Part shown: positions 63,801-64,000 of the stretch, piece after piece | How the letters are laid out: each line of letters opens with the position of its first letter | How positions within the stretch are numbered: the stretch's first letter is position 1 | From: the human T2T-CHM13v2.0 reference genome, Homo sapiens | DNA: 64,000 nt | Assembly: GCF_009914755.1 (NCBI RefSeq) | Contig: NC_060937.1 | Reading direction: 5' to 3' (one strand) | Made by a program: the position numbers and the translations under genes | The notes under the pieces: generated by a model | The model's input: the letters and a program-made list of their open reading frames with translations, nothing else | Told to the model about the DNA's origin: nothing | Database searches by the model: none

Positions 63801-64000
63801 TATATACTGTACATATAATATCAATGTACCCCAAATATATATTTTATACTCTACATGAAATATCAAAGTTCACAAACTATATATTATATACTGTACATAT
63901 AATATCAAAGTACCCAAGGTATATATTCTATACTGTACAAAAAATAACAAAGTACCAAAAGCATGTATTATATACTGTACCTAAAATATGAAAGTACATC

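Larger units (their letters stand above)
1..64000 (+). repeat. HSat1A (human satellite 1A / SAR)-type tandem array: 42-bp monomers in 9-mer HORs of 378/373 bp, about 170 HORs, extending beyond both window ends
   Basis: A 42-bp period is visible throughout, with GTAC sites alternating 17 and 25 bp apart. Nine distinguishable monomers recur in fixed order: 1 GAAATTACATC..TAGG, 2 GAAAGTACATC..GATT, 3 GTACCCCAAAT, 4 GTTCACAAAC, 5 CCCAAGGT, 6 CCCAAAGCATG, 7 GAAAGTACATC..TTTTATTC, 8 CACCAGAT..TAGTG, 9 CCCAAACTATAC. ORF starts at 1183, 1556, 1929 and 2302 are spaced by 373 bp. The 17+25 bp subunits, 42-bp monomer and 378-bp 9-mer match the known HSat1A organisation. Confidence 0.96.

Noticed and set aside
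1-64000. CRISPR-like alternation of a conserved TGTACATAAAATAT motif with variable segments
   Set aside because: The variable segments are homologous to each other and cycle every nine units. There are no unique spacers, leader or cas genes.
1-64000. Alpha satellite, CENP-B boxes, HSat2/3 or HSat1B
   Set aside because: There is no 171-bp period, no CENP-B box, no CATTC/GGAAT repeats and no Alu-derived segment.
1-64000. TATA-like boxes and TGTACA palindromes as promoters or hairpin terminators
   Set aside because: These are expected at this AT content and are part of the monomer; no supporting context or stable stem was seen.
1-64000. Assignment to a specific chromosome or species
   Set aside because: HSat1A occurs on several chromosomes and there is no unique flank here; alignment to complete assemblies is required.

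Overview
The whole 64 kb is one uninterrupted, single-orientation, very AT-rich tandem satellite array. It has a 42-bp monomer (consensus about ACATAAAATATCAAAGTACCCAAACTATACATTATATACTGT, cut by two GTAC/RsaI sites into 17-bp and 25-bp subunits) organised into a 9-monomer higher-order repeat (HOR) of 378 bp, with a common 373-bp variant carrying a 5-bp deletion. This matches human (or great-ape) Satellite 1A (HSat1A/SAR), the pericentromeric/acrocentric satellite; chromosome and species cannot be fixed from the sequence alone. I see no genes, RNA genes, transposons or CRISPR arrays, and the Y/I/K-rich ORFs are by-products of a repeat period divisible by 3. The structure worth attention is internal. 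It includes linked HOR haplotypes, a hidden 5+4 symmetry in the 9-mer that explains recurrent 210-bp deletions, nested duplications (2,625 bp inside 7,506 bp; 13,354-14,488 bp with a 3-HOR difference), truncated and extended HORs, and one divergent island with the only clear non-monomer insertion (about 17,860-17,895). Speculatively, the + strand carries very dense Pumilio elements (UGUAHAUA) and the DNA carries helically phased TCF/LEF cores (ATCAAAG). All offsets were read by eye from marker substitutions and ORF coordinates, and block boundaries are approximate.
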